Below are positions 1 to 13,092 of a stretch of DNA of 64,000 nt, piece by piece (the stretch's first letter is position 1; each line of letters starts with the position of its first letter). The stretch covers positions 33,790,001 to 33,854,000 of the forward strand of contig OX597823.1 in NCBI GenBank assembly GCA_951406725.2, given 5' to 3'. The notes under the pieces were generated by a model. The model was given only the letters and a program-made list of their open reading frames with translations, was not told where the DNA came from and made no database searches. The DNA is from Octopus vulgaris. Lineage: Eukaryota. Made by a program: the position numbers and the translations under genes.

Positions 1-149
1 ATGATGATGACGACGACGACAACGATGATGATGATTTTAATAAATGGATATCTGTACTTGATAAATGTAAAAATAAAATGTTTGTACTGGATAATTAAAA
101 TGCATTGAATATGCATGAGACATCTGGTATGCGATGACAGAGATATGTC

Positions 150-350
150 ATTCACCAATAACTAATATTGGTTAAGGTGAAACTGATGTCTCTGATAGAA
201 ACAAGAGTAAATTTAGCTTTTGTCAAGTGACTTAACACTCCTATATCAATCACTTCTTCAGAAATTTGGTGAAAACAGTGTCGTTACCTTCAATATTAGC
301 AAAGCTCTGATGCATGAATCCAGTAACAAAACTGCACCCTTATGGGCCTC
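150..350 (+). mobile_element. Highly decayed LINE (CR1/Jockey-like) RT fragment
   Basis: GENSVVTFNISKA resembles the LINE RT motif ..VV.LDISKAFD; short and frameshifted. Confidence 0.4.
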
Positions 351-904
351 ATTTCAACCCAGAAAGTTGATAGAAGAAAATCAAAGTATTTATAGCAACA
401 AGGTTACAAAAGAGATGTAATCAAGTTAATTGATTCCCCTGTACATGACTGGTACTATGTAACCATGACTGGCAATAAAAATCTGAATCAGCACCAGTAA
501 GATTTGAACCCAGAATGTAGTGGTGTGCCATTTCTCTCAATATCTTCCTTTCTTCCTCTTCCAATACAACAGCAACAACAACAGCAACATGTGTTTAATT
601 TAAGTAGTTCTTTTCTAGAATTTTTCCTATTTGGTTCAGTTAAAGGCATTGGATCAGTAAAAAACATCAGAATTGGACAGATTTCTGTTCTGCTGAATTT
701 ATTTCAATTGAAAATTGTTTGGAATTTACAAAGTAATAATTGGAATAATTATTTGAAATCATTTCATTCAATGTCCTTGTTCAAATTTTAATTTCTAGTT
801 TTAATAATCTTAATTTTTCTTTGTCTCTCCCCATATTGTTTCCTCCATTTATTAATAATATTGATAACTACAACAACAACAACAACAACAGCAACAACAA
901 ACAA

Positions 905-1110
905 TCTTTTCTACTATAGGCACAAGGCCTGGAATTTTTGGTGAGGTGGCTTGTAGATTGCATCAGCCCCAGTTCTTGACTGGTGTTCTATTTTATCAAC
1001 CCTGAAAGGATGAAAGGCAAAGTCAACCATGGCAGAATTTGAACTCAGAATGCCAAGAGGGACAAAATGTTGCTAATCAGTTTGTCCGGCATGCTAACAA
1101 TTGTGCCAGC
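905..1110 (-). mobile_element. tRNA-derived SINE family 1 copy
   Basis: Reverse complement matches the 3965-4195 copy (GTTCAAATTC B-box, GCCTTTCATCCTTTCAGGGTTGATAAA core). Confidence 0.8.
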
Positions 1111-1136
1111 TCACTGCTCTTTTAATGATGGTACTG

Positions 1137-1194
<58 letters not shown>

Positions 1195-1204
1195 TAATAA
1201 TAAT

Positions 1205-1766
1205 AAATGCCCTGATGCAGTACCAGGCAGTGGTTCTCATGGCTTCTAATCTTAACTGATTGGAAGTGTTATCATGTACATTGTTTTGTCTTGGTATAAA
1301 AAATGGGCTACAGCAAATATTCTGCTCAATACCACAGATTTGCTTGTCAGTTGTTTGACCTTACTTAACCAGTTGAGCATGTCCCTTAGTGGTTGATGAT
1401 ATGTGCATCTCTGATCACGAGCAGAAGTAGTGGGGGAGTATCATAGCCATGTGTTGAGAGGGATTCTTTGGGGTTTGAATAATTCATCTCTGGAAACATG
1501 GGTGTTTCGTTCAACATCCTTAAACAACCCTTACTCAGGGACCTTTTGAGCAGGATGGGTTACTCGACCAGAAGAAAATTCTAACTGGGTCCCACCTACA
1601 AGGTCATGTGCTGTTTATCTTGATATGAGATCATCATGTCGTGCACATATGGTTGTGATGCATGTGCCTGGTGTACCCTTATCAGACGGGTAGTCATGAT
1701 GGGTATACTGGGCTTCGTATATTTTACCCCAGTGTCACTTTGATGGCATGCACTGCTCTCTCACTC
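1205..1766. mobile_element. ~560 bp unclassified non-coding insertion within an (AAT)n tract
   Basis: Higher-GC unique block bounded on both sides by same-strand (AAT)n runs (1137-1206, 1768-1848); no ORF. Confidence 0.5.
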
Positions 1767-1826
<60 letters not shown>

Positions 1827-1906
1827 TAATAATGATAATAATAATAATACAATGACATACACAGTCATTCTTAATACTTTCTGGCAGATTTGAAAATGAA
1901 TATGCT

Positions 1907-1944
<38 letters not shown>

Positions 1945-2269
1945 GTTGTTGTCGTCATTTAACATCCACCTTCCATGCTGGTATGGGTTGGACGGTTTGA
2001 TGGGAGCTGACCATATTATAATGATTCTGCTGTGCTTAACCAAATCTTATTCTATTGACCCTGAAAAGCTGAAGAACAAAGTTGACTCAGGTGGCATTTG
2101 AAGTTGGAACACAAAGAGCTGGAAGAAATACTTCAAGGCATTTCTTCTGACACTTGGACATTTCTAGCAGCTCACTTGCCAAAAGAATGTAATTTTAGCA
2201 GAATACATTAATTACAGAATATCTGGAAATTAGGAAGAAGTAATTAATCACAGTGTGTCTGGTTGAACA

Positions 2270-2960
2270 GCTTTCACCCAAAAGTAATACAGCTATTGGC
2301 ATAGGAAGGTTTTTAGACCCTGGAAATAATGAATTAACAATCAAGAAGATATATAAATGAATGACTTTTTTCTATAAGGATTGTTGAGAATGGATAAAGC
2401 TGGTATGCTCTGGGATATACAAGTACATAGAGAGACAGCCAGGTCCAGGATAAATAGCCCAATATTTTTTTCTACTCTTGGCACAAGGCCTGAAATTTTG
2501 GGAGAAGGGACCAGTCGATTAGATTGACCCCAGTGTGAAACTGGTACTTAATTTATCGACCCCCAAAAGGATGAAAGGCAAAGTCAACCTTGGCGGAATT
2601 TGAACTCAGAACATAATGGTAGACAAAATACTGCTAAGCATTTCACCTGGCGTGCTAATGTTTCTGCCAGATTGCTGCCTTATAAAAAGCCCAATGTTGT
2701 TATCAAGAACTGGCAGGAAAGAAAATATCTTTTAATTGTTCTCTCAGTCCTGACAGATGATAATGAACAAATTATGTGAACTGGAAGATCTGGAAATAGA
2801 GATAACCAGAATGTAGAAATCAGAAACTCTTCTTATAATAACAGGTGAACTCCACCCCGTCCCAAACAGCCAGATAAATCATCATCACAAATATAGAAGG
2901 AAAAACGTAGGATTTGCAAACATATGCAACAGGCAGATAATAACACTTAGTTTCACTTAG
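2270..2960 (+). mobile_element. Decayed R4/Dong-clade retrotransposon, restriction-like endonuclease region, split by a SINE
   Basis: Fragments IVEN..DKAGMLWDIQVH / KPNVVIKNWQERKYLLIVLSV / LEDLEIEITRM match the RLE consensus LWD..V.TD..RPD.VI.D..C..ID....KY.DLEIEI.RMW. Confidence 0.7.
2464..2681 (-). mobile_element. SINE family 1 copy with 14-bp TSD
   Basis: Flanked by ATAAATAGCCCAAT (2450-2463) and ATAAAAAGCCCAAT (2682-2695). Confidence 0.9.
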
Positions 2961-3397
2961 TCTCTGTATATTGCACTTAGACTTAATACGTTTAAGATTT
3001 ATACATATACATACACTGTACGAATAATTGCACTACTGTGTACTGCACCCATACTGCACTCATTGCATGGAATATTGTTCTTGTGTAAAAAAAATAAAGA
3101 AAGAAAAACACATGATGGTGGTGATGATGATGATGATGATAGTGGTGGTGGTGGTGGTGAAATGTATGTGAGTGTCATTGGTGTTTATGAATAGGTTGCA
3201 GCAGTTTACTAAAGATTGGAGGTTGAGGAAATAGCACAAAGCTCTTATTCATTCGATACAATCATCATCATCGTCGTCGTCGTCATTGTCATCATTGTGA
3301 TTGTTTCCATTACCACCTCAACCACCACCACTGGCGCTACTGTAACCTTCATTATATCATCATCCTCATTGTCACCATCTCAATCATCATTTTCACC

Positions 3398-3431
<34 letters not shown>

Positions 3432-3964
3432 TTATTTGTCATTATTATCATTCTCACCATCACAAGTAGCATCATTGTCACCACTGCTACTACCACTTCT
3501 ACTACTGCTACAACCAACCGCCATCATCACCATCATTACCATCATCACCTCCATCACAACCCCACCATTATTTGCAAATTATGATATAAAATGAAAAAGA
3601 ACAAAAAATAACGGATTTCCCCCCCCCCCCCTAAAAGAAAATTTGGTTCTAACCCCCACCCCTACCCCACAAGCCTCATCTGACCCAACAGCAAGTAAAC
3701 AAAGACCCCGGAAGGGATTTAGCTGGTGTCATAGATAATTATAAGGTAGAAAGTTGGAAAATTGACAGAACCATAAGAACATCAGAAAGAATACCTTTTG
3801 GTATTTCTTCCACATCCCTCCTATCTGAACTGAAATCCTTTTAAAGACAACTGCACTTTTCTTCCTTCTGGAATTGGTAAAATGAAGTACATGTCCAGAG
3901 TTGTGGATCGGTGAAATTGCTGGGGTTATGAATGAGAGTGGGGATTAGATGAGATATCTTTTAA

Positions 3965-4195
3965 GGCAGCGAGCTGGCAGAAACGTTAGCATGCCGGGCG
4001 GAATGCGTAGCCGTATTTCGTCTGCTGTTACGTTCTGAGTTCAAATTCCGCCGAGGTCGACTTTGCCTTTCGTCCTTCCGGGGTCAATAAATTAAGTACC
4101 AGTTACGCACTGGGGTCGATGTAATCGACTTAATCCCTTTGTCTGTCCTTGTTTGTCCCCTCTATATTTAGCCCCTTGTGGGTAATAAAGAAACA
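3965..4195 (+). mobile_element. tRNA-derived SINE family 1 (Nin-domain-like core), best copy. Further copies at about 4393-4600(-), 5410-5575(+), 7770-7938(+), 8018-8185(+), 8188-8395(+), 9390-9585(+), 12695-12910(-), 13685-13895(+), 23650-23867(+), 24708-24856(+), 35640-35790(-)
   Basis: GGCAGCGAGCTGGCAGAA head, GTTCAAATTCC B-box, conserved TCCTTCCGGGGTCAATAAATTAAGTACCAG core, TSD AGATATCTT; more than 12 copies in the window. Confidence 0.9.
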
Positions 4196-4746
4196 GATAT
4201 CTTGGGGCACCTGAGTTCAAATACTACTTCCTGTTATCAGCTTCTTTATGTCAGGAGAGAACATTCTTTAGGATCCTGTTAGTGATAACATGGGTTCCAG
4301 TGTGAAATGGCAGCAATATACTGGTCTGTCAGTATAAAAATCAACTGACCTCCCCCCACTCACACTAACATACATAGAAGTGGAATAAATATTCTTTTCT
4401 ACTCTCGGTACAAGGCCCGAAGTTTTGGAGGAGGAGACCAGTTGATTAGATCGACCCCAGTATACGATTGGTTCTTAATTTATTGACCCTGAAAGAATAA
4501 ATGGCAGAGTTGACCTCGGCAGAATTTGAACTCCGAACGTAAAGACAGACGAAATACTCGCTAAGCGTTTCATCCAGCATGCTAACATTTCTGCCAGCAC
4601 CACCACCTTAGAAGTGGAATAAATATTAGGGCAGAAATTGACAGTTATAAAACACAAATTAATTCAAAACTGGCCTATTAAACGATTCCTCACCCATGAG
4701 CTACTACTACTACTACTGCTGCTGCTACTACTACTACTACTACTGT

Positions 4747-4810
<64 letters not shown>

Positions 4811-5321
4811 GTTGCTAATTCTACTACTACTAGTGAGCTTTTATTACTGTTTTTAATTTAGGGAGAGAGTTAATTACATTTGTGCATTTAATGTTGCTTG
4901 AATTTTGGAAATTGACCACTATGGTGTGACCAAACATTGGGGTCATTGGGTAAAACACAGTATAAAGTATACTGTGCTGTACAATTGATGTTTATGTAAT
5001 AAGCAATGAGTAGAGAAAGATTTTCTGAGCTGTTGTCCAGGTTCATTTCTTGGTCATTGTTAATATTATTATCATCATTATTGTTTTAATGTCCAGCTTT
5101 CCATGCTTGCATGGTCAGTCAGAGTTTGTTGAGGCAGGTTTTCCTATGGTCGGATGTCCTTCCTGTTGCCAACACTCATCTGTTTCCAACTAAGGTGACA
5201 CTTCCCATGGACAGACATGTTTTCAGGAAGAATACTTGAAACAAATGACTGCGTTTGCTTGACAGTGATGCTTGTTTACAACTGTTGCACAATGTCAAGA
5301 CAAGGAGGCACAAATACGCAT

Positions 5322-5354
<33 letters not shown>

Positions 5355-6299
5355 ATGTGTATACACAATGAGCTTTGATTTTCCATCTACCAGATCTACT
5401 CCCAAGGATTAATGTTAGCATGCCGGGTGAAATGCTTAGCGGTATTTCATCTGTCTTTACATTCTGAGTTCAAATTCCACCAAGGTCGACTTTGTCTTTC
5501 ATCCTTTCGGAGTTTATAAATTAAGTACCAGATGTGTACTGGAGTTGATCTAATCGACAGGGTCCCCTCACTACCAAAAGGCTCTGATCAGCCTGAGGCT
5601 ATAGTAAAAGACATTTGCCCAAGGTGTCACACAACAGGATTGAACCCAGGACCTTGTTCAGCACACAGTCTGCCTGTGACTTCCAAATGTCTACAAATTT
5701 CATGTGGCAAACGTTCATGTGTATTCAGTTTTTATTTCTATTCAACAAACGAATCAAAATGTTTTTCTTCATTCTTGAGCAGACCATGCTAAGGAGAAGC
5801 CTTTCACTTGCCTCCTGTCTATTCAGCCACATCAATGCATTCGTATGCTTGTGAGGTGATGCCTGGTAAGTGCAGTAACATCATTCTACAGTTAAGATTA
5901 ATGCATTAACTTGAGTTGTGAGATGTGATTTGCCATGGTAATCCATTAATTATTGTGAGATTTATGCAGTTACATGTAGCAGTCATCGTTGCAGCATTAT
6001 TGTGGTTTTTTTGTATTATCAAGCATCTGTGAAAATATTTGTGTTTTGTAAAGTAGTTCTTAGAGTGAAGGGGTGGGGTGGGGTAAGTGTATAGTGAAAG
6101 TGGGTGAAAGGGCAAGGGGTGGTGGTGAGTTGCTACGGTGGTGGATTTGGTATGTTACTGTTTTTTTTTTTTAAGTATTGGATGAATGGAAGTGGATAGT
6201 TTAGGGATTGTGATATTGTACAGACTTCATGTGCTTGTAGAATAAATTAGTGTTTGACCTTTAGGGTATGGTAGAATTCCAGAAAAAACAGCAGGTTTA

Positions 6300-7030
6300 G
6301 GTGAGTTGGGTTTGCAGTTTAATCAGCAAAGAAATGTCTTTGAAACCTTGCAATTTGAAATACTTTTCTATGTAGGTAAAGGGAGAATATTCCTTCCAAT
6401 ATATTGAGTATAATCACTGGTAAAATCAACATTTTTAGTTTCTCTGTAATGCAGAGATTACATTTGCTTCCTTGTCCAATGTAGTCATTAATTTTACCAA
6501 TAATGCTCCAGTTTTTAAGTGGATTGGTCACTGTAGTCCAGTAGACTTTACACAAATTTAAATAATGAAGTTGTGGTTACATTTGCTTGTAACTCTGAAT
6601 GAAGCTACATGTTGTGAAAATCTTTTGTTAAATGTGTTTCTTGTCAGTCTAGCATAGGATTTTATCATATTATCTATGTCAGGAATGCTTACTGTATATA
6701 CAAGCTCCTTCCCATGGTGTTTGCTATTCAAAGGACAGTACTCAGGGGATCTGCAGCAGCACAATCATAGTGGAGAGGTATTTATATTTTTGGTGTGTTG
6801 AAGATTTGTGAATCTATGTTAGGAATGCTACTGTAGCTTATTTTAATAGTATTTTTGTTAAAGATTTTTGTTATCTATATGTTTATGGAATGTGAGTATC
6901 AGCTAGGAAATATCTAGCTGTGTTTCATGTTACCTTCATGCTTTATGGTAGATTAAATCATAGGATTATCCTATGTTTACATCTCCTGGATATTATTAGG
7001 ACGATACTTTTGTTGAAGTTGGACTTTGCT
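6300..7030 (-). mobile_element. Penelope-like element remnant, Hydra-type C-terminal linker and GIY-YIG
   Basis: KIFNKNTIKISYSS; CCCRSPEYCPL..LVY..SYARLT..FNKRFSQH..SF; WSII..Y..SKCNLCITEKL. Confidence 0.8.
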
Positions 7031-7444
7031 AGTGCATTGATGTAATATTGTACTTTATTCTGTTGTCATTGGGAGGATGAGAAGTAAATTTGACCTTCAT
7101 GGGATTTGAACCAATAAAGAGCTGGAACAAATACAGCAAGGCATTTTGTCCATCACTGTAACTATTTGCACAATGATACAAATACAGCAACAGTGATGAT
7201 GATAGAGATGGTGATGGTGGTGGTGGTGGTGGGTGAGGGATTATGATGATGATGGTGATGGTGATACTATATTGATTGTGCAATGTACAAAACAAACAGG
7301 GTTTATAAAGTACTCTTGACTAAAAATAGATTAATAAATAAATATTGAATATGGCTACAACACCATAGGAATACTATTTCATCCCAAAATATGTGTGTGT
7401 GTGTGTGTATGTGTCCGTCTCTGTCTCTCTCTTTCTCTCTCTCG

Positions 7445-7477
<33 letters not shown>

Positions 7478-9584
7478 TCTGTACTGATATCTTTTGTATC
7501 CTCTGCTAGACTCAGTCAACATGTGTAACTAGAAAATATGGGTTTTTTTTTAATGTTTATATTCTGCAGAAAATGAGTAAACAAGATCTGATCTGATATC
7601 TTTAACAGCACTATATCGTATTAAAGTTGCGTGATTCTTTAAGAGCAGTGGCCTGGAATGAGGTAGACACTGTCCCTTCTCATGAGCGTTTCCAGAAGTG
7701 AAGTTACTCACAGAATTGCAGTCGCATAACAATTGCCATTCACTCTTTGAATATTCATTCCACTTCTAAGGAGCTGGCTGAATCATTACGTTCTGAGTTC
7801 AAATTCTGCTGAGGTTGACTTTGCTTTTCATCCTTTTAGGGTTGATAAATTAAGTACCAGTTGTGTACTGGGGTTGATGTAATCAACTAGTCCCCTGCCC
7901 AAAATTTCAGGCCTTGTTCCTTTAGTAGAAAGAATTATTTCAACTTGGAATTTAGAACCTTATTGATGATGGATTGGCAGATTTGGACAAAATAGCTGAC
8001 AATGTTTCTTCTGGCAAAGGCAGCGAGCTGGCAGAATCCACTGAGGTCGACTTTGCCTTTCATCCTTTCGGGGTCAATAAATTAAGTACTAGTTACACAC
8101 TGGGGTCGATGTAATCGACTTAATCCGTTTGTCTGTCCTTGTTTGTCCCCTCTATGTTTAGCCCCTTGTGGACAATAAAGAAATAAGTAATGTTAGCACG
8201 CCGGGTGAAATGCTTAGTGGTATTTCGTCTGTCTTTACATTCTGAGTTCAAATTCCGCCAAGGTTGACTTTGTCTTTCATCCTTTCGGAGTTTATAAATT
8301 AAGTACCAGTTGCATACTGGAGTTGATCTAATTGACAGGGTCCCCTCACCACCGAAAAAGATTTTGGGCCTTGTGCCTAGAGTAGAAAAGAATTTTCTAC
8401 AAGAACATATATATATATATGTAATTTTATATCTGTTAAGTAATTACTTTTTATAATTCTTTTTTTTTTTTTTAAATAAGTGATGCCTTGGAAGTCTGTC
8501 ATTGTATTGTCCCCTTCATCCTTTGCCCTTGTGGCAAATAAATGAAATCGTTATCATTGTTATTGTTGTTGTTGTTGTTTAAAATAGTAATAATAGTCAC
8601 CACCATCACCATCATCTCCTTCACCACCACAACTGTAGGGCTTGTGAAAAGGGCTCCATCAATTTGATGCCGAAACTCTAAAATGAAGCTCTGTCTCCAA
8701 AGGGTTAAGTGCGTTTGTCATGGACACAGTACAGTGAACTACACCACACCATGGTACCTATTTAAAGCCAGGTAGCCTGGATTGTTGCTAGTTAAGTGTG
8801 TTGGTCATGAACACAGCATAGTTCGCATGGAAAGCCAAACATAAAGGAACAAAAGAAGAACAGTGTAGAAGCAATATTTTGTAGCATAAAAGACAACTGA
8901 GAAAATTACAGAGTAATTGCTCAATCTATACCAGTGGATAATTACTGCTGATAATTAAGTTTTTAATCTTCATCTTTGGTAATTAATTTTCTATACTAGT
9001 TTATAATAAATAATTATTTTATTTCCTATTGTTTTATTTTCAGCATTAGTTCAGTTTTGTTTGATTTAGAGAACATTTTCATGCTTATTTCCTGATTATC
9101 ATTAAAATTGCTGGCCTTGTGTCAAAATTAGAAACAGACAATTATTATTGTTGTTGTTGCTGTTGCTATCACCACCACCATCACCACCACCACCACCACA
9201 ATCATCATCATCATCACCACCACCAACCACCACCACCACCACCAACCACCACCACCACCACCACCACCACCACCACCACCACCACCACCACCACAATCAT
9301 CATCATTATTACATCATATTATTATTATCATTATTAGCCAGCATGGAAAAGGGGTATTAAATGATGATGATGATGATGATTGTTATAAATCATTAGAGCA
9401 TTGAAAGAAATGTTTTCTGGTATTTGTTCCAGCTGTTTCTGATTTCAAATCCCATCAAGGTCAGCTTTGCCTTTTATCCTTTCAGGGTTGTTAAAATTAA
9501 GTACCAATCAAGTACTGGGCTCAGTGGAATAAACTTACCCCCTCCCCTCAAAATTGCTGCCCTCGTACCAAAATTAGAAAGAAT

Positions 9585-9888
9585 TATTATTATTATTTAT
9601 TGCCTTTGCCCAGCTTCTAATGCTGGTGATGTACTACAGTGTCAGCTGTTCACTATCAGTGAACCAAGATTACACCTCCTATTTTTCGAGCACCTTCTGG
9701 AGTATTCGAGCAGTTCCAAGCAGTACTGTTTTCTGCAAGTGCGCCACCTTTTTTGCAGCCCCTATTTGTTCCATGTACTTCTCAAGATTCTTACTCTCTG
9801 TTCCCAAGGCTCTGACAATTATTGGTACTACTACCACCTTTTTCATCAACCATAACTGCTTTACCTCCCAAGCTAACCTGTCATATCA
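9585..9888 (-). mobile_element. R4/Dong-clade retrotransposon 3' end with (TAA)n tail
   Basis: Minus strand reads YDRLAWEVKQLWLMKKVVVVPIIVRALGT..HLQKTVLLGTARILQKVLEK*, the typical RLE C-terminus, then a short UTR and AATAAT tail. Confidence 0.85.
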
Positions 9889-9959
9889 GTTGACTTTTCT
9901 TCTTCTTCTTCTTCTTCTTCTTCTTCTTCTTCTTCTTCTTCTTCTCCTCCTCCTCCTCG

Positions 9960-10012
<53 letters not shown>

Positions 10013-10013
10013 A

Positions 10014-10420
10014 TTCAGGTCACCGCCTGGAATCGAACTTGGAATCTTGGACATATAGCATAGTGGTTAAGAGCGCAGGCTATTAACCCCATGATTCTGT
10101 GTTCGATTCCAGGCAGTGACCTGAATAATAATAATAATGATACTACTACTACTACTACTACTAATACCCCCACCACCACCACCACCACCACCACCACTAC
10201 TACTACTAATAATGATAATAATAATAATAACAATAATATCAAAAATACCTTAGGAATCAGAACCCAGGTTTGAAATTTCCCCAAGACACCTGATGAAGGC
10301 TGGAGGGTATATCAGTCAAAATGTTGTGTTAACAACAAGCAAGATGAAGACAAATATCCTTAAATAATGAAAATAATGTAAATAATGTACATAATTTTTC
10401 ATCTCTTAAATATAGAACTG
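10014..10420 (+). mobile_element. tRNA-head/(AAT)n/hammerhead element copy 1, preceded by an inverted partial head
   Basis: A-box TAGCATAGTGG and B-box GTTCGATTCC at 10056-10100; 10014-10048 is the reverse complement of the head 3' end; HHR 10285-10330 has GAAA decayed to AAAA. Confidence 0.85.
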
Positions 10421-10862
10421 TTTTAAATATTCTCTCCTGATACAGAGTGCTGACATAATGTAAATTTGGTTTTTAGAAACTGTGGTTAGGTTAATATAAA
10501 CTTATTATTTGTGCTACAGTTTTGCTTAACAGCAAAATGTTAGAGTAGTAATTGTACACAATAAAAATCTCAATTTGTTTTAACGGAAATGGTTATTATT
10601 AGCGATAATGTGATTCATTCATCCAATCTTAGTTATGAGAAAAATAATAATTAAGTTCAATTTTAATGTATTGCAATAGAGAAAGTGAATGACAAGACTC
10701 GAATCTGATAAACAGAATGAGTCGACTTATTTCCAGTTGCCATGGGATTCTTGCAATTTTGTAAATTTAAAATCCATTGGATCTTGGAAGAACTTTGAGT
10801 ATTGGATTAACACCAATCATTCATAGAAGTGGAAAGCAGTATTGTAGTAATAAAGTATGGTA

Positions 10863-10995
10863 CAGCAGTTCCCAACCTTTTCACTACCAAGGTCCCCTTT
10901 TATTTGAATGAATTTCCCCATGTACCCCATGCTTAACATACTGACGGACCCCCAGTACCACCAGGGGTCTGTGGACCACAAGTTGGGAACCACTG
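10863..10995. mobile_element. hAT (Charlie/MER5-like) MITE
   Basis: TIRs CAGCAGTTCCCAAC / GTTGGGAACCACTG; imperfect 8-bp TSD GTATGGTA/GTTTAGTA. Confidence 0.75.
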
Positions 10996-11021
10996 GTTTA
11001 GTAGTATAGTACTATAGTATG

Positions 11022-12112
11022 TCTACAAATAGACATACCATAGTACTATACTACTAAGCCAGTGGTATTTGTAGACTTTTCTAAAGCGTTCGACTCTTTA
11101 GATAGGTACAAGATGTTTGAAATACTTAAGCTCTATGGGATACCAGACAAAATCATTTCTGCCATCAGGGTCCTCTATACAGATACGTCTTCAACCATCT
11201 TAACCCCTGACGGAGAAACATCTTTCTCAATCAAAGCCGGAATACTGCAGGGAGACACACTCGCCCCATTTCTTTTCATCATTGTCGTTGACTATGTGCT
11301 GCGTATGTCAGTTGATACCATCTCTGGCAAGGGCTTTGAAATAAAACCAAGAAGAAGTTCCAGACACCCAGCTGAATACTTGACAGACACTGACTTTCTC
11401 TTTTACAATCTCTCAAACAAGCCTCAAATTGTGTAGGTCTTTACCTCAATGAGGCGAAGACTGAATATATAAACAAGTGCCTGTCCAACAGTGATTGCAT
11501 CATCCATACTCTCAACAATGCACCCTTAAATATGGTTTCTGATTACAAATATCTTGGGTCATACATATCATCATCTGGAAAAGATTTTCTAACTAGAAAG
11601 GGTATGGTCTGGTCAGCCTGTAATGACATGCATAAGATCTGGTCATCAAATCTAAGTAGAGACTTCAAACATGAAATCTTCAAAGCCACAGTCGAACCAA
11701 TTCTACTATATGGCTCAGAAACCTGGACGTTATCAAAGAAGCTTGAGAGGCAGTTGGATGGATCCTACACTCGCCTCCTTATGAGAGCTCAAAATCTCTC
11801 GTGGAAGCGCCATCCAACCAAAATGCAAATATATGGGAAACTACCACCTGTGTCATCTCTTGTGAAAGGTAGGAGAGTCCAGTTTGTTGGACATTGTTGT
11901 AGAGCTGAAAACAAGGCAATTTCTACTCTTCTCCTCTGGAAGCCATCTACTCGCAATACCAGAGGGCGCACACTCTCCTACCCTGATGTAATCGCCAGGG
12001 ATACAGGCATCCAGCAACAGGACCTCCGTAATGCCATGATGGACCATGAAGTCTGGTGTAGCATGGTAAATTCCATTGTCTCGACCACGGTCGAACAATG
12101 ATAATGATGATA
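11022..12112 (+). mobile_element. 5'-truncated RTE-clade LINE (RT pseudogene)
   Basis: FVDFSKAFDS..GILQGDTLAPFLF..YKYLGS..ILLYGSETW; catalytic ADD deleted after TDTDF; (ATG)n-like tail; TSD ACTATAGTATG at 11011-11021 and 12113-12123. Confidence 0.92.
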
Positions 12113-12997
12113 ACTATAGTATGGTGCATGCTACTCTCTCTGTCACCCTAACCACTCTGTCCCCCTTTTTTTGACTAATCCCTGACACTTATATCCTGTT
12201 CCTTTCATACTCCTTCCCCTAATAGTGTCTACTCTATTACTCTCTTCACTCCCCACCTCTCATAACTATAAATCTGTTCCTCTCATCATTTTTCCGAGAA
12301 TCATCATGGCTTCTCTCTCCAGTTCTCCCTCAGTTAGTAAAGCCTATTTAGGCCCTTAGCCTTACAGATTACAAGGCAACCTCACAAGTGCTGGTTCCAA
12401 GAAAAAAAGTACCTGGCACATTCTGTAAAATGGTTGGTGTTAGGAAGGGTGTCCAGCAGTAGAAACCATGGAAAAGCTGTGACACTGGAGCCATCACAGT
12501 CCTCCAACTCACTGATTCCTGTTGAACTGTTCAATTCATCCAGAATAGAAAACAGACTTTAAAGGATTCTCCACCTGACTGTAAAGATGCTACTATCTAT
12601 TTATATGTAACTAGGTACCACATAGCATTGGTACATACAACCTAGCTGTAAGTATGTACCCAGTGTAGATATAACTCAGTACTGTTGGTACCATTCTTTT
12701 GTAATTTTGGCACAAAGCCAAGAAATTCTGAGGGGAGGGGGAAATCGATTACACCAGCCCCAATGTTCAATTGGTACTTATTTTATTGACCCTTGGAAGG
12801 ATCAAAGGCGAAGTCAACCTTGGTGGGACTTGAATTCAGAATATTATGAGATAAATGGAATACTGCTAAATATTTTGTATGAGGTAATGACAATTCTGCT
12901 TGTCACCTTTATTGATGGTGACAAGAACATATATTTTGTCAGCTGTTGGAGTTGAGTTCACCATGTCTCACACCTGTAATATAGACCAGCAATCAAT

Positions 12998-13092
12998 CTA
13001 AGAGAAGAGCCGGCCCTCAACTACTTCCTGGTTTGCATTCCTGCCAATAATAGGCATTAATTCTTCAATCATTTCTGGAATTGCAATTGTGT
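12998..13092 (-). CDS. Possible terminal coding exon (xTIAIPEMIEELMPIIGRNANQEVVEGRLFS*)
   Basis: Good acceptor TTTTAATCCTTTCAG, open frame to TAG, non-repetitive sequence; no homology recognised. Confidence 0.25.

Noticed and set aside
7550-7765. Open minus-strand frame of about 72 codons
   Set aside because: The putative acceptor derives from a SINE junction and no homology was recognised
10049-10114. Functional tRNA gene (also 17415-17490 and 26524-26595)
   Set aside because: Acceptor and anticodon stems pair poorly, there is no T-run terminator, and each is fused to a repeat body; these are SINE heads
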